Source of the DNA: a virus
Taxonomy: Duplodnaviria > Caudoviricetes
Direction: 5' to 3' (one strand)
Virus record (IMG/VR): IMGVR_UViG_3300028485_000001
Location: 1-64,000 of that record
DNA length: 64,000 nt
In this document: piece by piece, positions 16,288 to 25,643 of the stretch
Numbering within the stretch: position 1 is the first letter of the stretch
How the letters are laid out: each line of letters begins with the position of its first letter
Program-made: the position numbers and the translations under genes
Notes under the pieces: model-generated
Database searches by the model: none
The model's input: only the letters and a program-made list of their open reading frames with translations
What the model was told of the DNA's origin: nothing

Positions 16288-16590
16288 ATGGGACACATTA
16301 CCCGCACGGACACCCACCTCCCACCCCACCTGTACGCGTCGGACATCAGCGTCACCGACACCGGGGTTCACATCGAGTTCGCGGCTGGTCTGCACATCAC
16401 GACCCTGCACATGAGCGGCGACACCGCTGATCTCCTCAAGGACATCGACACGATCGAGGTCGCCCTGGCTGAGGCCCGCCGCCGTCTGGAGCAGCGGGCC
16501 GCCTACGCCGAGTACGGCGTTCCGGCGCCCCGTCCGGCCTCCGAGGTCGAGTTCATCATCGGCGTTGACTGGACGCAGGTGTCGTCGTGA
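16288..16590 (+). CDS. Hypothetical protein
   Basis: AAGGA RBS; early operon. Confidence 0.7.
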   Translation: MGHITRTDTHLPPHLYASDISVTDTGVHIEFAAGLHITTLHMSGDTADLLKDIDTIEVALAEARRRLEQRAAYAEYGVPAPRPASEVEFIIGVDWTQVSS

Positions 16591-16811
16591 CCGCCGAAGC
16601 CGCTGCCGCTGAGGCCCGCCGCCGGGTCCGCGAGTACCGCTACCACTCGACTCTCCCCGCGTCCGTGTCCGCGCGTGTGTGGCGGATGGACGACGACCAG
16701 TTGGGGTTCACGCACACCCGTTGCGGCCTGTGGTTCGGCCCGTACATCGACCCGCAGCAGACCACGGAGCGCGCGGTCGCGCACGACAAGAACTGTGAGG
16801 CAGGCCGATGA
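16587..16811 (+). CDS. Hypothetical protein
   Basis: GTGA overlap; HxxC...H..C motif. Confidence 0.65.
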   Translation: MTAEAAAAEARRRVREYRYHSTLPASVSARVWRMDDDQLGFTHTRCGLWFGPYIDPQQTTERAVAHDKNCEAGR

Positions 16812-17410
16812 CCCTCGACACCCGCATGTACGTGCACGACCCCATCGACCACAAGGCGCTGTTCGACCACTGCAACACCCTCATCGGCGCCGTGAGCCCC
16901 GTGTCCACCGACAGCCAGGACGAGACGTGGCGCAAGGGCGAGAGCTTCGTGGAGCCCGGCAACCCGTGGTCGATCCGCAACCGCCTCGGGCAGGGGTTCT
17001 GCGCCCTGCTGGACATCAGCTACCGCCCCAACGCGCCGCTTCGCACCGACGAGCAGGCCGCTGAGCACGACGACGAGATCTGCGATGAGGACTGCGGCGG
17101 CGACTGGCACCCGCCCGCCTGCTGGATCGAGGTCTCCCTGGACACCGCCTACGGCTACCGGGGCGACAACGGCGAAGGCTGCGGCGACCTGCACGCCCGC
17201 CTCGTCGGGGAGCTGGGCCTGTGGCTGGACGGACAGGGCATCGGCTGGTCGTGGATGAACGAGTTCACGGGTGAGGTCCACGGCGGCGGGTCCCGCTACC
17301 GGGAGCTGGTCGGGCTGGCGTCTGGCGGGTTCGAGGCCACGGCGTGGTTCCAGACGACTGTTCTGCCCGCGATCGAGCGCGACCTCCGTGGAGGTGCCTC
17401 CGATGAATGA
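16808..17410 (+). CDS. Hypothetical protein
   Basis: ATGA overlap; typical codon usage. Confidence 0.75.
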   Translation: MTLDTRMYVHDPIDHKALFDHCNTLIGAVSPVSTDSQDETWRKGESFVEPGNPWSIRNRLGQGFCALLDISYRPNAPLRTDEQAAEHDDEICDEDCGGDWHPPACWIEVSLDTAYGYRGDNGEGCGDLHARLVGELGLWLDGQGIGWSWMNEFTGEVHGGGSRYRELVGLASGGFEATAWFQTTVLPAIERDLRGGASDE

Positions 17411-17717
17411 CGACACGTTCACCAAGTTCATGACCGACCTGTGGGGCGGTGGTGACCCGAACGCGGACCTGTGGGAGATCGCGATGGCGGACAACGACCC
17501 GGTGTTCTCCGACCCGGACCCGCGCATGGAAGCCCGCTGTGAGCGGTCCATGGGCGACCTGCTGGCTGATCCCCCGTTCGGTGAGGCCACGGCTGACGCA
17601 GAAGACCGGCAGGGCGTGTGGTGGGAATCCGCGCCCGCTGCCCTACCCGACCGCGACGCGATCCGCGCCGACCACCCGTTCCCGATCGACTTCAAGCCTG
17701 GCGAGGAAACCTTCTGA
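17403..17717 (+). CDS. Hypothetical acidic protein
   Basis: GGAGG RBS. Confidence 0.7.
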   Translation: MNDDTFTKFMTDLWGGGDPNADLWEIAMADNDPVFSDPDPRMEARCERSMGDLLADPPFGEATADAEDRQGVWWESAPAALPDRDAIRADHPFPIDFKPGEETF

Positions 17718-18382
17718 TGACCGAGACCACCACCCCCGGCGTCATCCACGCCAAGCTCATCGACCTCATGACCACCATCGGGTCCATCGGCAAGAACGGC
17801 TTCAACCAGCACCACAAGTTCAAGTTCCGGGGCATCGACGACGTCATGAAGGAGGTCCACGCCGCACAGCTCAAAGTGGGCGTGACCATCCTTCCGACCG
17901 TCCTGTCCCGCGAGGTGACCGCCGCCGGGAAGATGACCGTCACCTCCCTCGAAGTCCAGTACCGGTTCACTGCGATCGAGGACGGCTCCCACGTCGACAT
18001 CGTCGTGTGGGGCGAAGCCGCTGACACCCAGGACAAGTCCACCTCCAAGGCCATGTCCATGGCCCTGAAGTACGGGCTGATCCAGGCGCTGATGATCCCC
18101 ACCGAGGACATCGCGGACGGCGACACGGACTCTCCGGTCGTAGACCGCTCCCAGTCCGCGCCGTCGCGCACTCCGGTCGTGACCCCGCAGGAACGCGAGT
18201 TCGTGTCGCAGATGAACGGCCGCATCGACCAGGCCGCAACCACGGACGAACTCAACCAGCTGTGGGCACAGATGAAAGCCGCGACCGAGGACGGGCTTAC
18301 CACCGGGTCCGCCGAGGAGCTGTCAGAGCACATGAAGCAGCGCGCCCGCCAGATCGCCGCCCCCGCCAACAGCGCCGCCTAG
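17717..18382 (+). CDS. erf: ERF-family single-strand annealing protein
   Basis: KNG.N...FKFRGIDD and GEAADTQDKSTSKAMSMALKY. Confidence 0.85.
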   Translation: MTETTTPGVIHAKLIDLMTTIGSIGKNGFNQHHKFKFRGIDDVMKEVHAAQLKVGVTILPTVLSREVTAAGKMTVTSLEVQYRFTAIEDGSHVDIVVWGEAADTQDKSTSKAMSMALKYGLIQALMIPTEDIADGDTDSPVVDRSQSAPSRTPVVTPQEREFVSQMNGRIDQAATTDELNQLWAQMKAATEDGLTTGSAEELSEHMKQRARQIAAPANSAA

Positions 18383-18391
18383 GAGGACGCC

Positions 18392-19123
18392 ATGACGAAC
18401 CATGCCTTGCGTGTGGCAGCCCTGCGGGTGCTGTCCGACGCCATCACCACCGAGGCGCGCAACGTCCGCGCCGAAGCCGAAACCGAGTTCGCACGCCTGC
18501 GCACCGACAACGGGGTCAAGTCGCTGACGGTGACCCTGCCCGACGGGACCGAGGTCGGCACGGTCGCGATCAAGACCGGGGCCCGCGAGGTCTCGTGGGA
18601 CGACGAGGCGGTGCGCGCGTTCGCCGCTGAGGTCGCCCCCACCGAGGTCACCGAAACCGTGGACCCTGCCGTGCTGGAGGACCCCACCGTTCGCCAGTTC
18701 CTGCGGGAGCACAAGCCCGACGCGTTCACCACGTCGGTGCGCCCCGCGTTCCTCAAGTCCCTCAAGCCCGACGACGACGGGTGCGTGGTCAACCCGGCCT
18801 CGGGGGAGCTGGTCAAGGTCGCTGAGGTGACCACGGGCAAGCCGACCGGGAAGTTCGCGTACACCCCCACCAAGGACGCCGCCGCCCGTGTGGTCGCGGC
18901 GTGGCAGGCGGGGGAGCTGGGGGAGATCGGCGGTCCGCTCGCGCACGCGGTCGCCCCGGCCTCGGCGCAGGAGTGGCCGGAGCCTAAGGCCCCCGAGGCC
19001 AAGCCCACCCCTGAGGATCTGCCGACGTTCACCCCCACCGTCGAGGGACCGTTCGGCGTTGGCTACTCCGACGGACTGTTCGGTGACCTGCTGTCCGACA
19101 CCCACCAGGGAGGGCCGTTCTGA
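18392..19123 (+). CDS. Hypothetical protein (recombination module)
   Basis: AGGAGG RBS. Confidence 0.75.
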   Translation: MTNHALRVAALRVLSDAITTEARNVRAEAETEFARLRTDNGVKSLTVTLPDGTEVGTVAIKTGAREVSWDDEAVRAFAAEVAPTEVTETVDPAVLEDPTVRQFLREHKPDAFTTSVRPAFLKSLKPDDDGCVVNPASGELVKVAEVTTGKPTGKFAYTPTKDAAARVVAAWQAGELGEIGGPLAHAVAPASAQEWPEPKAPEAKPTPEDLPTFTPTVEGPFGVGYSDGLFGDLLSDTHQGGPF

Positions 19124-19473
19124 TGAGTGAACTGGCACAGACGTTCGTGTCCCTCGCGGACCTGTCCCGCGAGCTGGCTCCGGCCGTCAACAAGCTCCGT
19201 GAGTTGGACGAGATGCGGGTGCACTCCGAAGCGGACTTCAAGTCGAAGTTCGCGCGGGCGTTCCGTGAGGCATCCGGGTCGGTGGAGGACCGCAAGCAGC
19301 AGGCGTGGCTGGAAGCTGACGGCCTGTGGCGGACGTGGTCGCTGGCTGAGTCGGCGGTGAAGATGCAGCAGGCGCACATCAAGGCCCTGCACACCCGCGT
19401 GGACGTGGGTCGGTCGATCTTCTCCGCTCAGCGCGCGGAGATGGCGTTCGTGTCCTCGACGGGCGGTGCGTGA
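19123..19473 (+). CDS. Hypothetical coiled-coil protein
   Basis: TGATG overlap. Confidence 0.7.
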   Translation: MSELAQTFVSLADLSRELAPAVNKLRELDEMRVHSEADFKSKFARAFREASGSVEDRKQQAWLEADGLWRTWSLAESAVKMQQAHIKALHTRVDVGRSIFSAQRAEMAFVSSTGGA

Positions 19474-19712
19474 TGAGGCCGTCCCCGCAGGACATGGTGC
19501 GTTTGCTCCGCCGACGCCCGATCCAACTGGTGCCCGCGGACCCTCCGATGCCCGCGCCGCAGGTGCGCACGGACAGCCCATGCGGGTTCTGCGGCCATGA
19601 CTACGACGGCCACGGCACCCGGTACTCGACGTTCGGTGGCTCCCACGAGTGGGTGCGCCGCCACCCCCGATCGCACGACACCCCGCTGCACCCGATGGGG
19701 GGCGACCGGTGA
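19470..19712 (+). CDS. Hypothetical protein
   Basis: Overlap; CGFCGH motif. Confidence 0.6.
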   Translation: MMRPSPQDMVRLLRRRPIQLVPADPPMPAPQVRTDSPCGFCGHDYDGHGTRYSTFGGSHEWVRRHPRSHDTPLHPMGGDR

Positions 19713-19927
19713 CCGCTCATGCGCTGTGTCCCCTCTGCGCTCGCACACTCCCTGTCCGCACCGACGAAAGGCTGCCCCGCCACTGGAAGTCGGAGCGCGA
19801 CACCCGGGCCCGCCTGACCGGCGAACCCCAGTGCAAAGGCTCGGAGCTGTACACCCTCCAGTGGCCCACGTACCGCATCGGCAGCCGCACCGTCCGCATC
19901 AAGCGCCCCCGAAGGAGCAAGCGATGA
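19709..19927 (+). CDS. Hypothetical zinc-ribbon-like protein
   Basis: CPLC...H...C. Confidence 0.6.
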   Translation: MTAHALCPLCARTLPVRTDERLPRHWKSERDTRARLTGEPQCKGSELYTLQWPTYRIGSRTVRIKRPRRSKR

Positions 19928-20538
19928 CCACGACCCCCGAGACCGCCGTGTACGAAACCCCTGAGGAACTGGTCGAGGAGATCGAGCGGCTGCGCGGCCA
20001 GGCCGAAGCCCTCAAGGCACGGGTGTACGACGCCGATCAGGCGAAGGATCAGGCCAACAAGGATGCCGATGCCTGGCACCTGGCCTACGACACGCTGTGC
20101 TCCGATCTCGCATACGAGATGGGCATGGACTCGCCGTCGATCGCTGGCGACCACCAGGTGAAGGCACGCGTCAAGGAGCTGGTCGCCGAGTCCGCCCGGT
20201 CGTACTCCCAGGGCGTCGAGGACATGCGGGAGAAGGCCGCTCGGGTCGTGACCCGACACCGCGAGTCGCCGGAGACGGTACTGCTTGCGGCTGAGATCCG
20301 CGACGTGCCGCTGTCCGACCCCCACGGCGGCGAGGAGGCGTTCCCCGGGTCGATCGCTGCCGCCGAAGCCGCGCTCGACGGGGCCCCCGCCGTGTCCGCC
20401 CGCTGGACGAAGACCGTCGTGGTCGACGAGACGGGCGCGTGGGTGCTGTGCACCACCACCGACGGGCGCGACATCGCGCTCCGCCTCACAGGCGGGGAAC
20501 CCGCGGAGCTGACCGCCGCGCTGACCGACACCCCGTAG
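19924..20538 (+). CDS. Hypothetical coiled-coil protein
   Basis: AAGGAG RBS. Confidence 0.7.
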   Translation: MTTTPETAVYETPEELVEEIERLRGQAEALKARVYDADQAKDQANKDADAWHLAYDTLCSDLAYEMGMDSPSIAGDHQVKARVKELVAESARSYSQGVEDMREKAARVVTRHRESPETVLLAAEIRDVPLSDPHGGEEAFPGSIAAAEAALDGAPAVSARWTKTVVVDETGAWVLCTTTDGRDIALRLTGGEPAELTAALTDTP

Positions 20539-20601
20539 ACCACCCCCCTGGGCCCGCCTTGCGGGGGCGAGGCGGGCCCACCCCACACGCAGGAGCACAG
20601 C

Positions 20602-21129
20602 ATGGACAAGCCCAAGGTCATCGGATTGGACCTCTCACTCACCTCAACCGGCATCGCTTTCGCCAACGGATCCACCACCGTCATCAAGGGCGCCGCCCAC
20701 CACGGCGACTGGCGGCTCTGCCGGATCCGCGATGCCGTGGCATACGCCATCGAAACCGAGCGCCCCGACCTCGTCGTCATCGAGGACCTGCCCACCCACG
20801 CGAAGAGCGCCGGGCTCACCGGAATGGTCCACGGGGCCGTCCGGTCCCTGCTCGTCGCCCGCGAAGTTCCCTACGCCCTGATCTCGCCCGCCACCCTCAA
20901 GGCCTACGCCACCGGCAAGGGCAACGCAGACAAGGCCGGGATGCTGTGGGCCGCGTACAGGTGGGGGTCGGCCGAGTTCGCCGACGACAAGGGCGGCGAC
21001 CAGCGCGACGCCTGGTGGCTGCGCATCGCCGGACTCCAGTGGCTCGGCAGCCCCGAGTTCGAGCTGCCTGCCGCTCAGGTCGCCCGCCTCGACAAGGCCA
21101 AGTGGCCGGAGATGGAGGTGGCCCGGTGA
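20602..21129 (+). CDS. RuvC-like Holliday junction resolvase
   Basis: VIGLDLSLTSTG, VVIED, LKAYATGKGNADK and D..DA. Confidence 0.85.
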   Translation: MDKPKVIGLDLSLTSTGIAFANGSTTVIKGAAHHGDWRLCRIRDAVAYAIETERPDLVVIEDLPTHAKSAGLTGMVHGAVRSLLVAREVPYALISPATLKAYATGKGNADKAGMLWAAYRWGSAEFADDKGGDQRDAWWLRIAGLQWLGSPEFELPAAQVARLDKAKWPEMEVAR

Positions 21130-21440
21130 AGCGCATCCGCACCGAACCCAAGGGTGCACCTCTCGTTGCGGACGCCTCCCACCTGCACTGGCAGACGTTC
21201 GGCCGATGCGCCGACGAGCCCCTGGAGCTGTTCTTCGGGAAGCCCGGGGAACGCAAGGCCGACCGGGAGATCCGCGAAGAAGAAGCCAAGGCCATCTGTG
21301 GATCCTGCACCGTGCGCACCACCTGCCTGGACTACGCACTCGAACCCGTCGGCCAGCACGGCGTGTGGGGCGGCATGACCGCCGACGAGCGCATCGCCGA
21401 GCGACGCAACCGCCAGCGGCGCGTCAAGGAGGTCGCGTGA
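21126..21440 (+). CDS. WhiB-family transcription factor
   Basis: C...LFF...AKAICGSC.V...C..YAL...GVWGG. Confidence 0.9.
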   Translation: MKRIRTEPKGAPLVADASHLHWQTFGRCADEPLELFFGKPGERKADREIREEEAKAICGSCTVRTTCLDYALEPVGQHGVWGGMTADERIAERRNRQRRVKEVA

Positions 21441-22246
21441 TGTTCCCCCACGGGACCCGCGCCGGATACACCTACGGATGTCGGCAGTCGTGCTGTCGGG
21501 CAGCGGCCACCGCTGACGAGAACCGACGATCACGCCTCGCTGCCTACGGCCGCCCCACCACCAACCTCGTCGACGCTGAGCCCGTCCGACAGCACGTCCT
21601 ACGGCTCAAAGCCGCTGGGTTCTCCGTCAAAGCGCTCGCCGAGCACACCGGAGTCGGACAGGCCAACATCCAGCGCTTGGTGTACGGGTACCCCTCGGCC
21701 AACCGAAAGCCCGCCAAGCGAATTCGCCCTGAGACCGCAGCCGCTCTGCTGGCCGCTCGCGCAGACATGGACAGCTTGCCCGGATTCGCTCTGATCGACT
21801 CTGCTGGCACCCGTCGGCGGGCCATGTCCCTTGCGCTGCTCGGGCATTCGCTGAGCTGGCAGGGGGCTCAAGTTGGTTACCGCAAGGAGCACTACCTGCG
21901 AGCTGTTGTTGCTGGCCCCACGGTGACGGCTGCGTTCGCTTGCAAGGTCCGTGGTCTCTATGACGCCTGGTGGGACCGCCCGTCGGAGTCGCCGCGAGCG
22001 GTGTGGGTGCGTCAGTGGGCTGAGCGCTCGGGTGCGCTGCCGCCAGCGGCCTGGGACGACGACTTGATCGATCTCCCGGAAGCCGACCTTCAAGCCGAGC
22101 TGTCCCGCCGTGTGGATGCGATGGACGACGCCGAGTTGCGTCGCTGCTCCAGCGCGTACAAGTCCGACGGGGACAGGACTCCGCTGATCTCCGCTGGTGC
22201 CCGTGAGTGGCGCCGACGTCTCGAATCCGACCGCGCCGCCGCCTGA
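21440..22246 (+). CDS. Phage HTH DNA-binding protein
   Basis: HGT.AGY..GC..C N-terminus; HTH LAEHTGVGQANIQRL. Confidence 0.7.
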   Translation: MFPHGTRAGYTYGCRQSCCRAAATADENRRSRLAAYGRPTTNLVDAEPVRQHVLRLKAAGFSVKALAEHTGVGQANIQRLVYGYPSANRKPAKRIRPETAAALLAARADMDSLPGFALIDSAGTRRRAMSLALLGHSLSWQGAQVGYRKEHYLRAVVAGPTVTAAFACKVRGLYDAWWDRPSESPRAVWVRQWAERSGALPPAAWDDDLIDLPEADLQAELSRRVDAMDDAELRRCSSAYKSDGDRTPLISAGAREWRRRLESDRAAA

Positions 22247-22314
22247 CCCTGTACCGCCCGCCGTGGCTGCTGACCTGCTCCGGTCACGGCGGGCCCCAAG
22301 CCGAAGGAGACCCC

Positions 22315-22602
22315 ATGAAGTACCGCCTCAAGCCCCGCGACGTCGAAGCCGCCCAGTGGTCCATCGACCGTCCTGGTGACGTCATCGGAATGCTCGCGAA
22401 CTGCGGCCTGGACTGGGAGCGAGACGGCGACAACCTGACCGTCGTGTGCATGGACAACACCCGCTTCCCCATGGCCCCCACGTGCTGGGTGGTGGTCGAC
22501 GAGGAAGAGGCCGGCGAAGAGGTCAAGGTCTACGCCGACGCCCGGTTCCGCGACCTGTTCGAGGCGCGCATCACGCGCGGCGCCACGCCCCTCGTGGGCT
22601 GA
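22315..22602 (+). CDS. Hypothetical protein
   Basis: GAAGGAG RBS; Y..KP..VEA.QW pattern. Confidence 0.75.
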   Translation: MKYRLKPRDVEAAQWSIDRPGDVIGMLANCGLDWERDGDNLTVVCMDNTRFPMAPTCWVVVDEEEAGEEVKVYADARFRDLFEARITRGATPLVG

Positions 22603-22669
22603 CCCCGTTCCGCCCGCCGTGCCTATGGCGATCCGAAGACACGGCGGGCCCACCCCCCAAGGAGGGGAC

Positions 22670-22945
22670 ATGGACTTCAACGACTACAGCCAGATGCTCT
22701 ACCCGGCGCCAACGCCGCCCTCTTTTACCGTTCGTCGGCAGCAGCGCTGGGTCATCCCCCAGTTCGCGACCCGGGGCACCACTTTGTGGACGCTCCAGCA
22801 GGCGATCACCGAAGCCAAAGCCGCCTACCACAGATCCTCGGAGCAGACGGGTGGGCCGACCGCCGAAGACGCCATCACCGCCCGCATGGAAGGCGACGAC
22901 CTGGTGGTCGCCTTCGAGTCGAGCAGCGGGGTGAGTGCGGAATGA
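22670..22945 (+). CDS. Hypothetical protein
   Basis: AAGGAGG RBS. Confidence 0.7.
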   Translation: MDFNDYSQMLYPAPTPPSFTVRRQQRWVIPQFATRGTTLWTLQQAITEAKAAYHRSSEQTGGPTAEDAITARMEGDDLVVAFESSSGVSAE

Positions 22946-23298
22946 ACCACGCCCATCGCTACCTCGCCCAGCTCGCCAACGCCATCACCGACTGGGACGC
23001 CGCTCTCATTCGCCAGGCCGTGCTCGTCACCGCGCACCTGAACGGTGGTCGGGTGTCTGCGAACGACTTCCGCGACTACCTCCCCGAGGTCGCCCAGGGC
23101 TCGGTCGGGTTGATCATCCGGCAGCTCCCCACGCCCAAGCACGGCGCGCTCGTCCGCAAGGCCACCGTCCAGGGCCACCCGATCACCGTCCCCTCAACTG
23201 CCGAGTCCACGCACGGCAAGCCCCTCCAGGTGTGGGAGCTGACGCCCGCTGGGTGGGATGCGGCGAAGGCGCTCATGGAAGGGCAGGTGGCGGCATGA
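22942..23298 (+). CDS. Hypothetical protein (possible winged helix)
   Basis: ATGA overlap. Confidence 0.7.
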   Translation: MNHAHRYLAQLANAITDWDAALIRQAVLVTAHLNGGRVSANDFRDYLPEVAQGSVGLIIRQLPTPKHGALVRKATVQGHPITVPSTAESTHGKPLQVWELTPAGWDAAKALMEGQVAA

Positions 23299-23480
23299 CT
23301 CACGACTACGACCCGTTCCGCGCCCCCGCGACCACCAGCCAGTACGACCCCGACGCCGAACACGACCAGGCGGTTCGGGAGAAGTTCGCCGCCGAACTCG
23401 CGGTCATGTTGGACGAGCACGGCCAGGACTACGCGGCGACGTTGGTCCGAGGAAACCCCACCGACGGGCAGTGGCCATGA
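23295..23480 (+). CDS. Hypothetical protein
   Basis: ATGA overlap. Confidence 0.6.
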   Translation: MTHDYDPFRAPATTSQYDPDAEHDQAVREKFAAELAVMLDEHGQDYAATLVRGNPTDGQWP

Positions 23481-23527
23481 GGCACGCCGAAAAGCCCGCA
23501 CAGCGGCGGGCTGATGCGAGCGGCCAG

Positions 23528-23749
23528 CTACTTCCTCGCGGGTTCGATCCCGTTGTCACGCGCCACCTTGCGCACGTAGGCCGCAGTGAACGGGCTCGCG
23601 TTCACGACCTCTGTGGGCTTCACGCCGGCGCGCAGGGCGGTCAGCACGATCCCGATGGTTTCGTCGCGTGCTTCCTTGTGGGCCTTCTCGGTGCGGCGGT
23701 ACTTGCGGGTGCTGCCCTCAAGGGCTTGGAGAGCTTCGTCCTTGTCCAT
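23528..23749 (-). CDS. Small DNA-binding repressor-like protein (73 aa)
   Basis: ALRAGVKPTEVVNASPFTAAYVRKVARDNG HTH-like; TACTCT-N7-ATG. Confidence 0.75.
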   Translation of the reverse strand: MDKDEALQALEGSTRKYRRTEKAHKEARDETIGIVLTALRAGVKPTEVVNASPFTAAYVRKVARDNGIEPARK

Positions 23750-23838
23750 GCGCAACAGAGTAGCGCAACGGGCTTGCGCTAGTCCATGGCGATCGCTACT
23801 GTGATGCGTAACGGAGAAGCGCAACACAGAAGCGCAAC
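23750..23838. promoter_or_regulatory. Divergent promoter with paired GCGCAAC direct repeats
   Basis: GCGCAAC at 23750/23763 and 23819/23832; TTGCGC(23774)-17 nt-TACTGT(23797). Confidence 0.75.
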
Positions 23839-23861
23839 TAGAGATCGTTCTGAGGAGCCAC

Positions 23862-24062
23862 ATGACCGACCACGAAGGATGCCGCGAGGAAGTCCGATCC
23901 GGGATGGCTGCACTGGGGATCGAGGCGACCGTCAGCACCGCTGAGCCGATCATCGTCGGCCGCTACCCCGCCCACGGCCACATCTGCCCGCACGGCACCA
24001 CCTACTGGGTCGAGCCGACCAGTGAGCAGATCGCCCAGTGGCGCCGCGACGGCGTCCGCTGA
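23862..24062 (+). CDS. Hypothetical protein
   Basis: GAGGAG RBS. Confidence 0.7.
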   Translation: MTDHEGCREEVRSGMAALGIEATVSTAEPIIVGRYPAHGHICPHGTTYWVEPTSEQIAQWRRDGVR

Positions 24063-24106
24063 CCACCCCCGCAGGGCAGCAGCCCAGCCGAACGAAGGAG
24101 ATCCGC

Positions 24107-24313
24107 ATGAGCAAGCCCGTCCGCGTCGAGCTGATCGTCGAACACGACACCGCCGACACCATCACCGACATCGTCGAGATCGACCGCGCCGAGTGGGACG
24201 AGATGACCCCCACCGAGCGCGAGAAGTGGTGCACCCAGGAAGCCGAGGAGCTGCGCGCCAACGTGTGCAGCAGCGGCTTCCAGGTCCTCGACGGCATCGA
24301 CATCGACACCTGA
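24107..24313 (+). CDS. Hypothetical protein
   Basis: GAAGGAG RBS. Confidence 0.75.
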   Translation: MSKPVRVELIVEHDTADTITDIVEIDRAEWDEMTPTEREKWCTQEAEELRANVCSSGFQVLDGIDIDT

Positions 24314-24353
24314 CCACCCAAGCAAGACAGCCCAACCGAACGAAGGAGTTCGC

Positions 24354-24635
24354 ATGGCCACCCTCACCGCCGCGCAGACCGCCGTCCTCGCCGACGTCCG
24401 CCTCCGCCTCGACGCCGCCGGGCTCACCGACCACCAGATCACCCCGCCCACCACCACCGCCCGCTGGACCGCCCACGACACCCGCTGGGGCACCACCGTC
24501 TACGAGGAGATCCCCGACCGGCCCGGTCACGCGTACTGCGTCCTCGCGGGCGACGAGCCCGTCGACGACCCCCAGCCCGAGGACGCCGCGCACATCAGCG
24601 ACCTGGAGCGGATGGGTTTCGTCCGCGCCGCCTGA
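24354..24635 (+). CDS. Hypothetical protein
   Basis: GAAGGAG RBS. Confidence 0.75.
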   Translation: MATLTAAQTAVLADVRLRLDAAGLTDHQITPPTTTARWTAHDTRWGTTVYEEIPDRPGHAYCVLAGDEPVDDPQPEDAAHISDLERMGFVRAA

Positions 24636-24720
24636 CCCCACAGCCCACGCCGCCCTACGGGGGCGCACCGGATCACGACCGGACGCGGGCACGCAGAACC
24701 ACCGACCGAAGGAGACGCGC

Positions 24721-24984
24721 ATGGACCTCCCGCACACCTACAACGACGCCGACGGCAACACCCTCAGCGTCGACGCCGAACGCATCACCCTCATCGACGC
24801 CTACCGCATGAGCGACGAGATGACCTCCCCCAAGGGCGAGGACGCTGTCGATCTCGCCGAGGCCATCCTCGCCTCCGGGGCTCCGGACCACGTCGTCATC
24901 GCCAAGGCGGACCTCGCCGACGGAATGCGCGCCGCCCTGCGAGCCAAGGCCACTCCGGCTAACGACGTCGAGGCCGCGAAGTGA
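24721..24984 (+). CDS. Hypothetical protein (paralog of 25644-26039)
   Basis: LPHTYND...G.DAVDLA.A.L. Confidence 0.75.
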   Translation: MDLPHTYNDADGNTLSVDAERITLIDAYRMSDEMTSPKGEDAVDLAEAILASGAPDHVVIAKADLADGMRAALRAKATPANDVEAAK

Positions 24985-25160
24985 AGGCCCGTCGCCTCCG
25001 CCGACGGATGACCCTCCTCGACCACGGCCACCAGTTCCGCATCACCGCAATCCGTCGGAGCTTCTGGCGTCGCACCGTGGCCGCTCGGGGGTTCTACGTC
25101 CCCTCCGGAGCGCCCGGCACCTACGTCCTCAGCCCGAAGCACGACGTGGAGACCCAATGA
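24981..25160 (+). CDS. Small basic hypothetical protein (59 aa)
   Basis: Hand-translated MKARRLRRRM...; GTGA overlap. Confidence 0.55.
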   Translation: MKARRLRRRMTLLDHGHQFRITAIRRSFWRRTVAARGFYVPSGAPGTYVLSPKHDVETQ

Positions 25161-25207
25161 ACCCCTACGAGATCCAGCCCGACCACGAAGACGCCTAGGA
25201 GGCGCAC

Positions 25208-25576
25208 ATGAGCACCACGACCACCGACACCCGCTGTTGGACCCTCAAGCACGCCAGCGGCCCCGACATCGGCGACTACTACGACGACGGCGAGGGTGCC
25301 CTCCACTTCCCCACCCCCGAGGCCGCCATCGCATGGCGCAACGACCAGGGCGACGGCGACACCGAACCCGCCCGGTTCCCGTTCATCTGCCACGCCATCA
25401 CCTGCGCCACCCCCGGGTGCGGCTACCGGCACGAGCAGGACTCCGACGACGCCACCGTCACCCACTTCCCCAGCCGGGAGGAAGGCGTGAGGTGGGCGCT
25501 GGCCACTGGCTGGGGCGCCAGCCCGAACGGCCCGATCTGTTCCGGATGCGTCGAAGACGCCCGCCCTACCCCGTGA
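25208..25576 (+). CDS. Hypothetical Cys-containing protein
   Basis: AGGAGG RBS; CxxxxC and CxxC. Confidence 0.7.
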   Translation: MSTTTTDTRCWTLKHASGPDIGDYYDDGEGALHFPTPEAAIAWRNDQGDGDTEPARFPFICHAITCATPGCGYRHEQDSDDATVTHFPSREEGVRWALATGWGASPNGPICSGCVEDARPTP

Positions 25577-25643
25577 CACAGCAGAGGACCGGGGCGTATA
25601 CGCCGCCCCGGTCCCGCACCCACCGTACCGAATGGAGACACCC

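Larger units (their letters stand above)
24060..24720. repeat. Related intergenic spacers flanking small genes
   Basis: CAGCCCA(G/A)CCGAACGAAGGAG at 24080-24100 and 24328-24348 (20/21 identical); partial third copy at 24633-24720. Confidence 0.8.

Noticed and set aside
16640-17992. 450-aa minus-strand ORF
   Set aside because: Spans several plus-strand genes with RBSs; shadow frame
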